In this document: positions 1-11,720 of the stretch, piece after piece
How positions within the stretch are numbered: position 1 is the stretch's first letter
How the letters are laid out: each line of letters starts with the position of its first letter
Origin: Octopus sinensis
Lineage: Eukaryota
Direction: 5' to 3'
NCBI RefSeq assembly: GCF_006345805.1
Contig: NW_021827552.1
Location: 1-39,362 of the forward strand
Length of the DNA: 39,362 nt
The notes under the pieces: model-generated
The model's database searches: none
What the model saw: the letters and a program-made list of their open reading frames with translations, nothing else
Told to the model about the DNA's origin: nothing
Position numbers and translations under genes: made by a program

Positions 1-861
1 TTCGCTAATTCGTCAAGTTTTCTGCAAGTTTTGGGGAATTTCTCCATTAAGAGATTATACAACGGACAATGTTGAATAAAAATGCACAATAAGCAACTAT
101 TCAATGCTTTAATATGATGTAATACAATCAATGTATGTTAAAATTCAAAGGTCAAAAATACGGTAACATTCAAGACAATCGAGATATGGCCATAGCTAAG
201 CCGATAAAATCTTCGTATTTCTCTCTGCATCACGAAAGGGCAAAACTCTGAAGATTTAATATATTTACTTCTTAGAGATGGAGTACCGTGGGTGGAGTTG
301 TGAGGTGCTAAGCAACTCGAGAAATAAGCACAACCCTCGTACCAAGGCAGTATATAATGTACTTGGTCCTTAACTAGATTACAAGTTTTACAATGCTCTT
401 CGCATTTTTTCGTATATTTTTCTAATTTCTTGTTTCTCTATGATCAATCAATGGAACAGTAACGCTGAGTCCGTTTGTATTTTCTTATTTTCTTTTTGCC
501 TTACCGTCTTGTTCAGAAATGTTTTTCCTCATTCATCCATTTTAAACGTCTGATATCGATGAGTGGGTCTGTCAAACTGCACTGAAACCACAGTGAAGTT
601 TATATATACGCACGTAGATTTAACAGATGAGAGGATCTCAGTATAAAAAAAGATTAATAGCGGTCAAGTGATTTGAACTTACACTCACTGAGGATTAAGT
701 CAGCAGGGTAAGGTTGGTAATAACGAGGATCTAAGTGAGCGGATATGGAGACAATGATACAAATAAACAAATTCTGGGCTATTAATGTAAATACAATGTC
801 TCTATCTATCTATCTTTATCTCTATCAACCTATATATATGTATATGTATAGAAATTAAATA

Positions 862-992
862 TAAAATATAAATTACAAAGTGGGACAAGAACGTAAAAAC
901 ACACAAAGAGACGACACAAAAAACAGACGGGTCACTCGAAGCCTCTAATCTTCAGTCGGGAACCGGATCATCTTAGTAATTCGGCTGTTTTA
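862..992 (-). mobile_element. Short Penelope-like repeat fragment, truncated at (TA)n
   Basis: Minus strand has a T-rich tail and a CTGAAGA motif (reverse complement near 950-956). Resembles octopus PLE-type repeats as recalled; no complete HHR folds. Confidence 0.35.

Positions 993-1074
<82 letters not shown>
993..1074. repeat. (TA)n microsatellite
   Basis: Near-perfect TA run forming the left flank of the Tc1 element. Confidence 0.97.
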
Positions 1075-1596
1075 CAGACATGCAGGAAGTAAATAGACAC
1101 CTTTAATTTTCAAATCACTGATGTGAGGTCTTTATGTTTTCAGTGGTATAGAATTTACAATATAATTATTCTTTTTCATTCCAGGTGCCGTTATATTAAA
1201 GATTTGCGAAGAGCAACCATGTCACGCACAAATAATTCACCAGAATTGTTAAATTTTCAAAGAGGGAGTATTGTTGGCAATCTGAGGCTGGACTACTGAT
1301 AATAGAATTATAGTGAAATTCAAAAGCCAACGAAAAGAATTAACAGATTCTCGTCCTGGCCAACCTGTGCCCTGGGAAAGGAAGCTTCGCTGTTTGAAAA
1401 TAATTGTGGAAAACGAACCCCGTTCAAAGGCTTCTGACATTGCAAAACAGCTAGAAGTCAGTCGAAGAACGTGTGTTACATATCTGTGTAAGCTTGGGTA
1501 TTATGGACGAGCAGCTAGAAGAAAACCTCTCCTTCAACCAATTAATATCAAATAAAAGATTATGAAAATTAAAGGTGTCTATTTACATCCTGCATG

Positions 1597-1600
<4 letters not shown>
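1075..1600 (+). mobile_element. Internally deleted Tc1/mariner DNA transposon (526 bp) with both TIRs
   Basis: 38 bp TIRs at 1075-1112 (cagacatgcaggaagtaaatagacacctttaattttca) and 1563-1600, one mismatch, TA on both sides. Interior encodes a Tc1 N-terminal HTH region. Confidence 0.93.
1219..1555 (+). pseudogene. Tc1 transposase N-terminal DNA-binding region, frameshifted, no DDE domain
   Basis: ATG at 1219 gives MSRTNNSPELLNFQRGSIVG; after a frameshift SRPGQP..RKLRCLKIIVENEPRSKASDIAKQLEVSRRTCVTYLCKLGYYGRAARRKPLL, matching the Tc1 RxAxRKPLL motif. Confidence 0.85.
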
Positions 1601-1632
<32 letters not shown>

Positions 1633-1634
<2 letters not shown>

Positions 1635-2020
1635 CGCAGGCATGCTGTGTGGCAAGAAGCTTGCTTCCCAACCCCATGGTTCCGTGTTCATTCCCACTCT
1701 GCGTGCCACCTTGAGCTAATGTCTTCTACTGTAACCTCGGGCCGATTAAAGCCTTATGAGTGGATTTGGTAGACAGAATGTATGTATGTATATATATGCA
1801 TATGTGTATGCGTGTATGTATATATATATCTATGTATGTGTCTCTGTGTTTGTCCCGCCCCCACCAACCAATGTTGGTGTCTTTACGTTCCCGTATGTTA
1901 GTGGTTCGGCAAACGTGACCGATAGAATAAGTACTAGGCTTACAAATAATAAGGCTTGGGGTTCGATTTCCTCGACATAGAAGGTGGTGCTGCAGTCAAA
2001 TGACTGAAACAAGTAAAAGA
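1633..2020 (+). mobile_element. tRNA-derived SINE family B (~390 bp, internal microsatellite), full length
   Basis: tRNA-like head (gctgtgtggcaagaagcttgct..ggttccgtgttcattccc), CORE-like ccttgagctaatgtctt, 3' end gactgaaacaagtaaaaga; similar to other copies in the window. Confidence 0.9.
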
Positions 2021-2122
2021 ATATCGGCAGATTGATAGAAAAATAGATAGATATGTAGACAGACAGACAGACTGACTAACAAGCAGACAGACAAGTAGAC
2101 AGACAGGTTTCCTTTACATTTG

Positions 2123-2417
2123 GTTTTATTGTTTTCAAGTCATTAGACTGCGGCCATGCTGGGTCTCCAGCTTGAAGAATTTCTAATGAAATGAATCGGT
2201 TCCAGTAATTTTTGTTATATATACACACATATATATGACGGGATTCTTTCAGTTTCCGGCTGCCAAATCCACTCGCAAGGCCTCGGTCAGCTCGAGGCTA
2301 TAGCTAAAACCACTTGCAGAAGGAGCCAACTGCGGGTCTCCTTCTGCAGTGGACTGAAGCCCCGGAATCATGTTTTTGGAAAACCTAGCTTTTTGCGACA
2401 CAGCTACGCCTGCGTCT
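2123..2417 (-). mobile_element. SINE family B, diverged, internally deleted
   Basis: Reverse complement of the family B 3' end and head. Confidence 0.8.
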
Positions 2418-2493
2418 ATAAATTTTTCATTAATTCTTTATAAAATATGTATATATTTAGCGATCGTCTGAAAGTTCTTAAATCTGAAAGAAA

Positions 2494-2496
<3 letters not shown>

Positions 2497-2551
<55 letters not shown>

Positions 2552-2704
2552 TAATATGAATATATACATATATGTACATATATATACATATATACATATA
2601 TACCTATATACATACATGTATATAAGTATATATATATATATGTATATGATTGTTTATATATGTATTTATACAGGTATATATATGTTTGTATATATGTGTG
2701 TGTG

Positions 2705-2737
<33 letters not shown>

Positions 2738-2797
2738 GTATATATGTACATATATGTATGTATGCATTTATGTGTGTGTGTGTGTGTGTGTGTGTGA
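2497..2797. repeat. Compound (TA)/(TACA)/(TG) microsatellite
   Basis: Direct inspection. Confidence 0.95.
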
Positions 2798-2828
2798 CTG
2801 GATGTATGTAAATACTGGCTGTACTCAC

Positions 2829-2934
2829 TGTAAGATTTCCAGGTTTTCGATGATCAGAATGATGACACTCGTAGACGTAGATTAAGGTGCGAAATTTTCA
2901 GGTCACTTACCTAAAATATGAGAGAGAGAGACAA
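2829..2934 (-). promoter_or_regulatory. Candidate recursive splice site (polypyrimidine-TAG|GTAAGT) with downstream 5' splice site
   Basis: Minus strand ttgtctctctctctcatattttAG|GTAAGT, junction between 2911 and 2910; second donor ca|GTGAGT 82 nt later. Confidence 0.35.
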
Positions 2935-3275
2935 ATAGATGGTTAGAATTGAGAGAGACAAACACACAGTAGATATACACGTTTATATACATAGAGATAT
3001 GAAGACAAATTTTGGCCAAATAACAGAGAGCGTAGCTTCACAATCACAGAATATTGTCTCTGAGCATCATTGGTGGCAAGTTGGTGAAAAGTGTTTAACA
3101 GGACCGAAGCAATGAGAGATATACTTTTTAGCAGTACTAAGATAAACGGAGCATAGGATAACTTGTTGGAAGATTTTCTACATCTATAATTTTATTAATC
3201 AGTTAACAATATATTTTAGTGGACCTACGGCATACAGAACAACTGTAAGAGGAGACACGGTAACTCATTTTGGGA

Positions 3276-3306
<31 letters not shown>

Positions 3307-3465
3307 CCCAACGAAACTAACCAATCTACCAAAAGCAAACCTCTACCCAGTGAATTTACCAGCGCAAGAACAAAATTTAATGTAAGAATTGCCACTTTTG
3401 CTTCCATTACCATCGCATGTGTATCATTTATTTTCGCATCCTAACCGATGCATCTATCTATATTT

Positions 3466-3516
3466 GCATTCTGAAGAGATTTACTGAAACCAGTAAATTG
3501 AAACGATCGTAAATGC
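3466..3516 (+). ncRNA. Minimal type I hammerhead ribozyme, intact
   Basis: Stem I gcatt/aatgc; core CUGAAGA; stem II gatttactg-aaac-cagtaaatt (9 bp); GAAA; palindromic stem III acgatcgt; GUA triplet, predicted cleavage after 3511. Confidence 0.88.
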
Positions 3517-3592
3517 TACCTTCATCTCTGCTTCTTCCTCCTTTGTTGTCTAATTAATGAAAGACATCACAGCGAAAACCACGAGGTTCCCA

Positions 3593-3918
3593 ACTTGGGC
3601 AAGTGTCTTCTACTGTAGGCTCGGGCTAACCAAAGCCTTATGAGTGCATTTAGTAATCGGAAAGTGAAAGAAGCCCGTCGTATATGTATATATATATGTA
3701 TCTGTATGTGTGTATATGTTTGTGTGTCTTTGTTTGTCCTCCCAACATCGCTTGGCAAACGATGGTGGGGTGTTTATGACCCCGTAACTTAGCGGTTCGG
3801 CAAATGTGACCGACAGAAAAGTGATAGGCTTACAAAAAATAACCTCTGGGGTCAATTTTCTCGACTAAAGGTGGTGCTCCAGCATGGCTGCAGGCAAATG
3901 ACTGAAACAAGTAAAGGA
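3593..3918 (+). mobile_element. SINE family B, 5'-truncated
   Basis: Runs from ttgggcaagtgtcttctac to gactgaaacaagtaaaggag; similar to 1633-2020. Confidence 0.88.
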
Positions 3919-4456
3919 GTATATATATATATATATATGGAGAGAGAGAGGGAGAGAGAAGCATTGGAATTGTAGAAGGATTAAGTATTTCCAATGTTTG
4001 CTACTATCTATACTCCTAAATTGTAGTCTTAAGTAATAAGTTTTGAGTTGCAGAGAATCCAAGCGTTCCAGCGATGAAACCCACGCATGGGTCTAGCGAA
4101 GATTAAAATATTATCCAAATAAGTCAAAGAAAGCGTGGACACAGAGCGTGGCCTGACAAGCATTTCCCTATTTTTATTCGTAAACGTTTTTGTTTCTTGC
4201 CAAGGAAAACACAACGCTTGACATAATTATAAAGTAAGAGCGCATCTTTCGATACATATCTGATGAAGAGCCGCTCTGGTATATAAATCTGCCTATATTA
4301 TATAACTTTTCACCTGGAGGTTTTGCGTACAATAGCGTTAAAACTAGGGTAATGCAGAAACAATTGTAACTAGTAAATAAGGATGTGCTAAACATTTTTG
4401 CCTGCTTACCTGGATTATTTTCACGCACGCACACACACACACACACATACTCACAT

Positions 4457-4730
4457 GTTCTTTTATTCTTTTACTTGTTTCAGTCACTTCATTGTGGCCA
4501 TGCTGGAGCGCCACCTTAATGGGCTTGTTAGTCGAGGAAATCGACCGTTGGACTTATACTTTCAGTTTCGGTCTACCAAATTCTCTCATAATTCTTTCAG
4601 CTTCCGTCTGCCAAATACTCTCGCATGTTTTAGGTCGATCTTAGGTCATAGTAGAAAACACTAGTCCAAGGTGCCATACAGTGGAACTGAACACGGAACA
4701 ATGTGGTTGGGAAGAAAGCTCCTTACCACA
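4457..4730 (-). mobile_element. SINE family B with an internal ~35 bp tandem duplication
   Basis: Reverse-complement match; ctttcagtttcggtctaccaaa segment occurs twice near 4558-4625. Confidence 0.82.
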
Positions 4731-5120
4731 AATTGCTATTATTGCAAAGAAGTGGAGTTATATCAGAGATTAAGTTGAAAATGCTCAGTCTATTGTAGAA
4801 TTAATTAGAATTTAATTACATTCTAAAATATGGTAAGACACTTGACCAGTTTCACATTAGATTTTCAAAAGTGTATAGTATACGCAGCTGTATTGCGAAA
4901 TATGTCTATTCTGGTCATTGTTATAAAAATAATTAGTTTTTATCATAGAAATGTGCCTTAGGGTGCTGTCTTTTAACGCACAAATTCATTGGTCAACATT
5001 CAAGTATAATTAAGTTTATCTGGCAGTCGGACGGGAAGGTCACAGAAAAATCTTTCTCCATTGACTACCAGATGACAGTGAGAAAGGATATATTTGAATA
5101 AGTGATATAATAATGGCTTG

Positions 5121-5247
5121 ATTCCGTCCGGTGCAAATTAAAATTTCGTAGGCTCGTCAAACGGACCTATCCCTTTAGGCTTGTAGAAGCCGACAAGAGA
5201 GATACATTTGACGAGCCAACGCAACTTTAACTTGCATGGAACTGAAT
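5121..5247. repeat. Foldback / MITE-like imperfect inverted repeat
   Basis: Arms 5121-5161 and 5207-5247; perfect core ggctcgtcaaa/tttgacgagcc plus imperfect extension. Confidence 0.7.
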
Positions 5248-5322
5248 GAAATTATTATCGAATACGTGTATCTCCTACGAAATGTGCTGTGAGGCACTTT
5301 CGTTTGTCCACTCGTATATACA

Positions 5323-5357
5323 TGCAAACATACATACATATCTGTCTATCTATGTGC

Positions 5358-5409
<52 letters not shown>

Positions 5410-5734
5410 ATATATATATATGAGTGTGTGTATACATACACATACATACACACATATATAGATATTTATACATATATGGATAGGTATAAATGTATATATA
5501 TTTATATACATATATATATACATATATCTATATGTATATTACATATAGAAATACACACACACACACATATATATACATACGTATATACATACGTATATAT
5601 ACATACGTATATACATACGTATATACATACGTATATATAATATATATATATATATATATAATATATATATTATATATATATATATATAATATAATATATA
5701 TCTTTGGTCGAAACATATCTAAGTTTATTATCTA

Positions 5735-5771
<37 letters not shown>
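5323..5771. repeat. Compound TA/TG/TACA/TACG microsatellite
   Basis: Direct inspection. Confidence 0.95.
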
Positions 5772-5772
<1 letters not shown>

Positions 5773-6978
5773 AATAGTATGCGCATGTGCTTGTCTTATG
5801 AACAAGGCTATACATACTCTGGCATCTATATTCCTTACTAACTGTGTAACAACATCAACAACATACTGTCTCTGTATCTGTGTGTTGGTGTGTGTATGTA
5901 TATGCATGTATGATTAATTAAGATTCGCTGACTCCGCTCTTCGTAACTTTAACCACTTAACGTAATAAATATCGCTGTCCAACAAATTCGCTATTTACAT
6001 GTGACAACATCTTTCCTAGAGGAACGAACGTTCAGCTCTCTAAAACACATACAAAACGCTAACTAATCGTTTACACAATAAATAAATCCTTGCATCAGCG
6101 TGACATAATGTCTGACTGTCATGGCTGTCTTGGTTTTTATATGTTGGTTAAACGTTGTTCTTGTTATTGTTTTTAGCTTGCTTTGATACATTTTTCATTT
6201 CATATAATATTGTTGTATGTTTTTCGCTCTTATAATTAAGATGGCGCATATTTTTTTCGTTTTGTATTTTTCGTTTCTGTTTTATTTTAGTTTTGCCCCT
6301 TCGTTGTTTTGGATGCAAAATGGCGGATGATGAATTTGCGGTCTCCGGCTATTTCGACTATTACTGGCTTGGTTAACAATATGTTGTTAACAAAAATAAA
6401 GTGAAATAAAATAAAACGTATGGCTTCGTTTTTTTTTTTTTTTTTTACTTGTAGTGGTTACAAATAATGACGATGAGTGGTATAACGGTGGAATATTCTA
6501 AAGATATATTTTATGACTCTGAGGAATATATTATTTATCCAATTTCAAAACAGGATCAACTTATTTGCGAAAAAAAATAAAAAATATATAGACAACACAT
6601 CAGCGAAGAAAAAATGTCCAACTAATTGCTCTCCTTCCCCGCCGACGAGATAAAAAAAAAGTAAGGAGATTTAAGCAGATAAATGATAGTGAGAGTATGG
6701 AAATATAGCGCACATACAAACTATAGTGAAAATAACTGCTTGTTTTATGAAATAATAGTAATAATAATAATCGTTGAGTTTTGTGTGTGCTTCTTTCTGA
6801 ATTTGACTCGGATACACGAATACAGATATACAATCACATACATATATTAATGAATACAGGCATGCACATACGTACATAAATGTGGTTGTATACACACACA
6901 CACACATATATATATGAATGTGCTTGTTGTGTGTGTACGTGAAAAGATGTGTATACTTTCATGCACATTTACATATAC

Positions 6979-7015
<37 letters not shown>

Positions 7016-7089
7016 TATAAACTTGAATACACAAGTATATATATGTATATATACATATATAGAGAAAGAGAAAGAGTGAAAGAGTGTGT

Positions 7090-7473
7090 GTGGCTGTATC
7101 GTAAGTAGCTTGCTTAACAACTACAAAGTTCCGGGTTCAGTCCCACTGCGTGGCAGCTTGGGCAAGTGTCTTCTACTATAGCCTCGGGCAGACCAAAGCC
7201 CTGTGAGTGGATTTGGTAGACGGAAACTGAAAGAAGCTCGTCGTATATATATATATATTTATATGTGTGTGTGTGTGTATGCTTCTGTGTCTGTGCTAGC
7301 CGCCCCACCGTCACTTGACAAACATTGCTGGTGTGTTTACATCCCTGTCATCTAGCAGTTCGGCAAAAGAGATCGAGAGAATAAGTACTAGGTTTACAAA
7401 CAATAAGTCTTGAGGTCGATTTGCTCGACCAAAACGGTGCTCCAGCATGGCCGGAGTCAAATGACTGAAACAA
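7090..7473 (+). mobile_element. SINE family B, full length
   Basis: Head gtggctgtatcgtaagtagcttgct..gttccgggttcagtccc through gactgaaacaa. Confidence 0.92.
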
Positions 7474-7513
7474 ATATAAGAGTATACATATATATATATT
7501 CATTATACATACA

Positions 7514-7552
<39 letters not shown>

Positions 7553-7561
7553 TATATATAA

Positions 7562-7594
<33 letters not shown>

Positions 7595-8240
7595 TCTATG
7601 TATGTATAATGAAATATATCTCACTGAATGTGACTATACATATGTATGTAAAATGTATGTATGTATGTGTATCTATGTAAATATTTATGTATGCATTTCA
7701 TTAAATCCATTTTAGTTGTTTACAGTTTGTAAATTTCCCAGAAATCTCAATGTATTTTTCATACAATTTTTTTCCCTCTCCGTTTGTTATAATGGCGTTG
7801 TTTCCCATAAATTGAAGTCTGTTTAACAATCTTCTTTTATTTCTACATTAACTAAGAATCCTCAAATGTGCTGCTAAGTCGTAGAATTCATCATATTGAA
7901 CTTCTCTATTTGTCAATAACATGTTTATCGACCGCGTCCGCTTCCTCTTCTCCTGCATTCTTTTCCTCCACCTCCACCCCGTCTTTTTCTTCTTTTTTAC
8001 CACTCCCTCCTCCTTTCCTTTTCCTTCTACGTCTTCATCTTCTACCGAACAACGCCATTAATACCCGTAGATTCTCTTCTTCTCACAGAAGAATACTAAA
8101 ACCCTTGGAATATCTACTACCATTATATATTCTTAATGCAATACTAAAATATTACTCGCAGAAAATTTTTTCGTAGTTTCTTGCATGTTAAATCTTGAAT
8201 GGTACCTGCATCTGTCCATTAAATCAGATCCCAAAATATG

Positions 8241-8705
8241 AATAATAATAATCCTTTCTACTGGATGCACAAGGCCTTACATTTGGAGGAAGGGATTATA
8301 TAAGGGATTAAGTCGATTACATCGAACCCAGTGTGTAACTGGTACTTAATTAATCGACCCCAAAAGGATGAAAGTCAAAGTCGACCTCGGCGGAATTTGA
8401 ACCGAGAACGTAGCGTCAGACGAAATACCGCTAAGTATTTTGCCCGGTGAGCTGACGATTCTACCAGCTTGACGCCTTAAATATGAATAAGAATATTCTT
8501 TTCTAGCCTAGACACAAGGCCCGAAATCTTTGCAGAGGGGACCAGTCGGTTAGATCGATCCCAGTACGTAACTGGTACTTAATTTATCTAACCCGATAGG
8601 TTGAAAGGCAAAGTCGATGTCCGCGGAACTTGAACTCCGGCAGAATCGTTAGAACTCAGAACTTTATGTTCTGAGTTCTAACGATTCTGCCGGCTCACCG
8701 CCTTC

Positions 8706-8751
<46 letters not shown>

Positions 8752-8758
8752 GGATAAA

Positions 8759-8827
<69 letters not shown>

Positions 8828-9258
8828 CATCAATCATAACAACAACAACAACAACAACAACATTAGTAATAATAATAATGATAATAATAATTATAATAAT
8901 AATAATAATCCTTTCTACTATAGGCACAAGGCCTGGAATTTTTGGGGAGGCGGCCAGTCGATTAGATCGAACCCAGTAAGTAACTGGTACTTAATTTATC
9001 CACACCGAAAGGCAAAGACAACCTCAGCGGAATTTGAACTCAGAACGTAGAGGCAGACGAAATACCTATTTCTATACTGCCCACAAGGGGCTAAACACAG
9101 AGACGACAAACAAGGACAGACAAACGGATTAAGTCGACTATATCGACCCCAATGCGTAACTGGTACTTAATTTATGGACCCCGAAAGGATGAAAGGCAAA
9201 GTCGACCTCGGCGGAATTTGAACTCAGAACGGAGCGGCAGACGAAATACCTATTTCTT
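8241..9258 (-). mobile_element. Cluster of four same-orientation SINE family A copies (~230 bp tRNA-derived) interrupted by (AAT)n
   Basis: Copies at about 8241-8478, 8497-8703, 8900-9068 and 9069-9258. A-box tggcagaatcgttag where the head is retained, B-box gttctgagttcaaattc, body ggtcgactttgcctttcatcctttcggggtcgat. Confidence 0.9.
8706..8910. repeat. (AAT)n/(AAC)n microsatellite
   Basis: Direct inspection. Confidence 0.97.
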
Positions 9259-10023
9259 TACTCTCTGTCTTTTTCTACGTCTCTCTCCATCCCTCCCTTT
9301 CTATCTCCTATCTTTCTTTACTCTTTTTCATCTCCAGTACACAGCTATCTAATCTATTATAATCACCGACATTTCTATATTCGCTTCCATCAGCATAGCC
9401 ATTTCCGGTTACACTACTTCCTCTCTCCTTACACCAATCTGCACATGTCGGACATTTTACTCAGTGCAGCTACTTCGTTCTAGAATTCCCTCAGCTTCAA
9501 TTCTTTTTCCATTGAGCTTTTGCACCTGGAACAATATTCAACGAGAGAACATCTGCATCATAATGCGACCTGCTTAAAGTAGCAACCAAACTCTCACTGA
9601 AAACACACCCTCTCATCTTGCAAACAGAAGGACATGTTACATAATGTCTTCATTGAGGAAATATGATTGCCATCGTTCGAAAACCTCACGTCATGAGTGT
9701 GCCCTCCCAATCATGTCTGACAAGGGTAAAAAGAAATATGATAATTATTTGTTAGAAGTATGAAGCAAATTTGACAAGGTTCTGCCATCTTATAGACGTC
9801 GCATCCAAATGTGCAACAGATCAATCCATACGGTCTTAAGAACGGGACAGAAATTGTATAATCCTTGTTGGAAAGAGATAAAAATATTGGGTTTGAGTGA
9901 GTTTCCAGGCCGGAATGTATCTGCTCAATGAGGTCTTACCAAAAAAAGCGTGCAATGTGTATATAGTTGTATGCGCATTTGCGTGTGAGTATACATACAT
10001 ATATGTACATATATATATTTAAC

Positions 10024-10057
10024 TGCCTATCTATCTATCTCTCTATCTATCTCTCTC

Positions 10058-10127
<70 letters not shown>

Positions 10128-10131
10128 CTAC

Positions 10132-10217
<86 letters not shown>

Positions 10218-10455
10218 ATATAGCTAAATGTATGTTTATATGTGCGGGTTGCGTGCGTGTATACATACATGCATGTATTCAATGTATGTATGTATTTTTG
10301 CTTGTCTTGTTCCTTGGTTGTGTCTATGTGTTTCGTCTCTCTATGTGTTCGACGTCTTTTTGGTGTCCTGTACACATATATGCGTGTATATGTACATGTA
10401 GAGGTAGGTACGTACATATATGTTTATATATATGCATATGTTCTATTTTATTAAC

Positions 10456-10529
<74 letters not shown>

Positions 10530-10550
10530 AGAGAGAGAGAGAGAGAGAAG
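10024..10550. repeat. (CTAT)n, (CT)n, (TA)n and (GA)n tracts
   Basis: Direct inspection; encloses the repeat at 10295-10450. Confidence 0.9.
10295..10450 (+). mobile_element. 3' fragment of the Penelope-like repeat also at 29400-29960 (opposite orientation)
   Basis: gttcgacgtctttttggtgtcctgtacacatatatgc..ggtaggtacgtacatatatg is the reverse complement of about 29400-29540. Confidence 0.75.
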
Positions 10551-10739
10551 AGAGGCAGTGATGTTGGGGGCGGGGTGAAATTCTATGTAAGAATGTGCAT
10601 GGACGCACATTTATCCGTTTGTTTTTAATTATATAAATATATTCAATTTTACAAATTAATCCGCTTCAGTAATTAGAGGAAGGGGAGGGGCGTGTCTGAT
10701 GTCATTGTTGTTCTGTCATCGTCATTGTTATCGTTTGTA

Positions 10740-11260
10740 TTGTTGTAGTTGTAGCAACACTTGCAGCAGCAGCAGCAGCGGCAGTCGCAGTAATACCAGT
10801 AGTAGTAGTAGCAGCATCAGCAGCAGTAGCAACAGCAGCAGTAGTATTAGTAGTGGTAGTAGTGGCAGCAGCAGCAGTAGCAGTAGTGGTAGTAGTAGCA
10901 GCAGTAGCAGTAGTAGTAGTGGTAGTAGTAGCAGTAGTAGTAGTAGTAGTAGTAGTCGCAGAGGCAGCAGTTGCAGTAGTAGTATTAGTAGTAGTTGTTG
11001 TAGTAGTAGTAGTAGCGATGGCGGGGTGGTGTTGTTGGTGGTGGTAAAAATGTAAGTGGTGGTGGTAATAATGGTGGCGGCAGTGGTGGTGGTGGTGGTG
11101 ATGGTGCTTCTGCTGCTGCTGCTGCTAATTATGATCATGATGTTGTTGTTGTGGTTGTCATGGAAACAGTTTTGCCATAATGCTCTCCTTATTTGATCGG
11201 TAATAATTCGATTTCCTGTAAAAACGGAACGCCAACAACAACAACAAAGCTATTGGTAAA

Positions 11261-11307
<47 letters not shown>

Positions 11308-11720
11308 CAACAACAATAATAATAATGAATTGGAACTTAAATGAAAATTGGAATAATAATAGAAATTACAGACATACAGAGATGGAGGTGTCGGTGATGG
11401 TGGTGGTGGTGGTGGTGGTGTTGGTGGTGGTGGTGGTGTTGGTGGTGGTGGTGGTGGTGGTGGTGGTGATGACGGTGGCGTTTGTGGCTGTGGTCGTAGT
11501 CACAGAGTTTGCAGTGTTGGTGGTGGTGGAATTTGTGGTAGGGGTTATGTTCATGCAAATAGTGAGCTACAAAACGATGATGATGATTATGACGACGATG
11601 ATGATAATGAGGATAATGACGATGACGATGATTATGATGATGATGAGGAAGAAAACTACGTCGACCACGACGCCGGTGATGATGAAGATGATGATACCCA
11701 TAATGATCATGATAATGATG
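10740..11720. repeat. Trinucleotide repeat island (AGC/AGT/GGT/AAT/GAT)
   Basis: Consecutive triplet tracts; source of several homopolymeric ORFs. Confidence 0.95.

Noticed and set aside
4252-4290. CTGATGA followed by hairpin agag-ccg-ctct
   Set aside because: No GAAA after stem II and no compatible stems I and III.
7090-7165. tRNA genes at SINE heads
   Set aside because: A/B boxes are present but run into SINE bodies; no complete cloverleaf.
9648-9705. Possible HHR ttcat-tgagga..GAAA..gtc-atgag
   Set aside because: Core is one base short, stem II poor, stem III mismatched.
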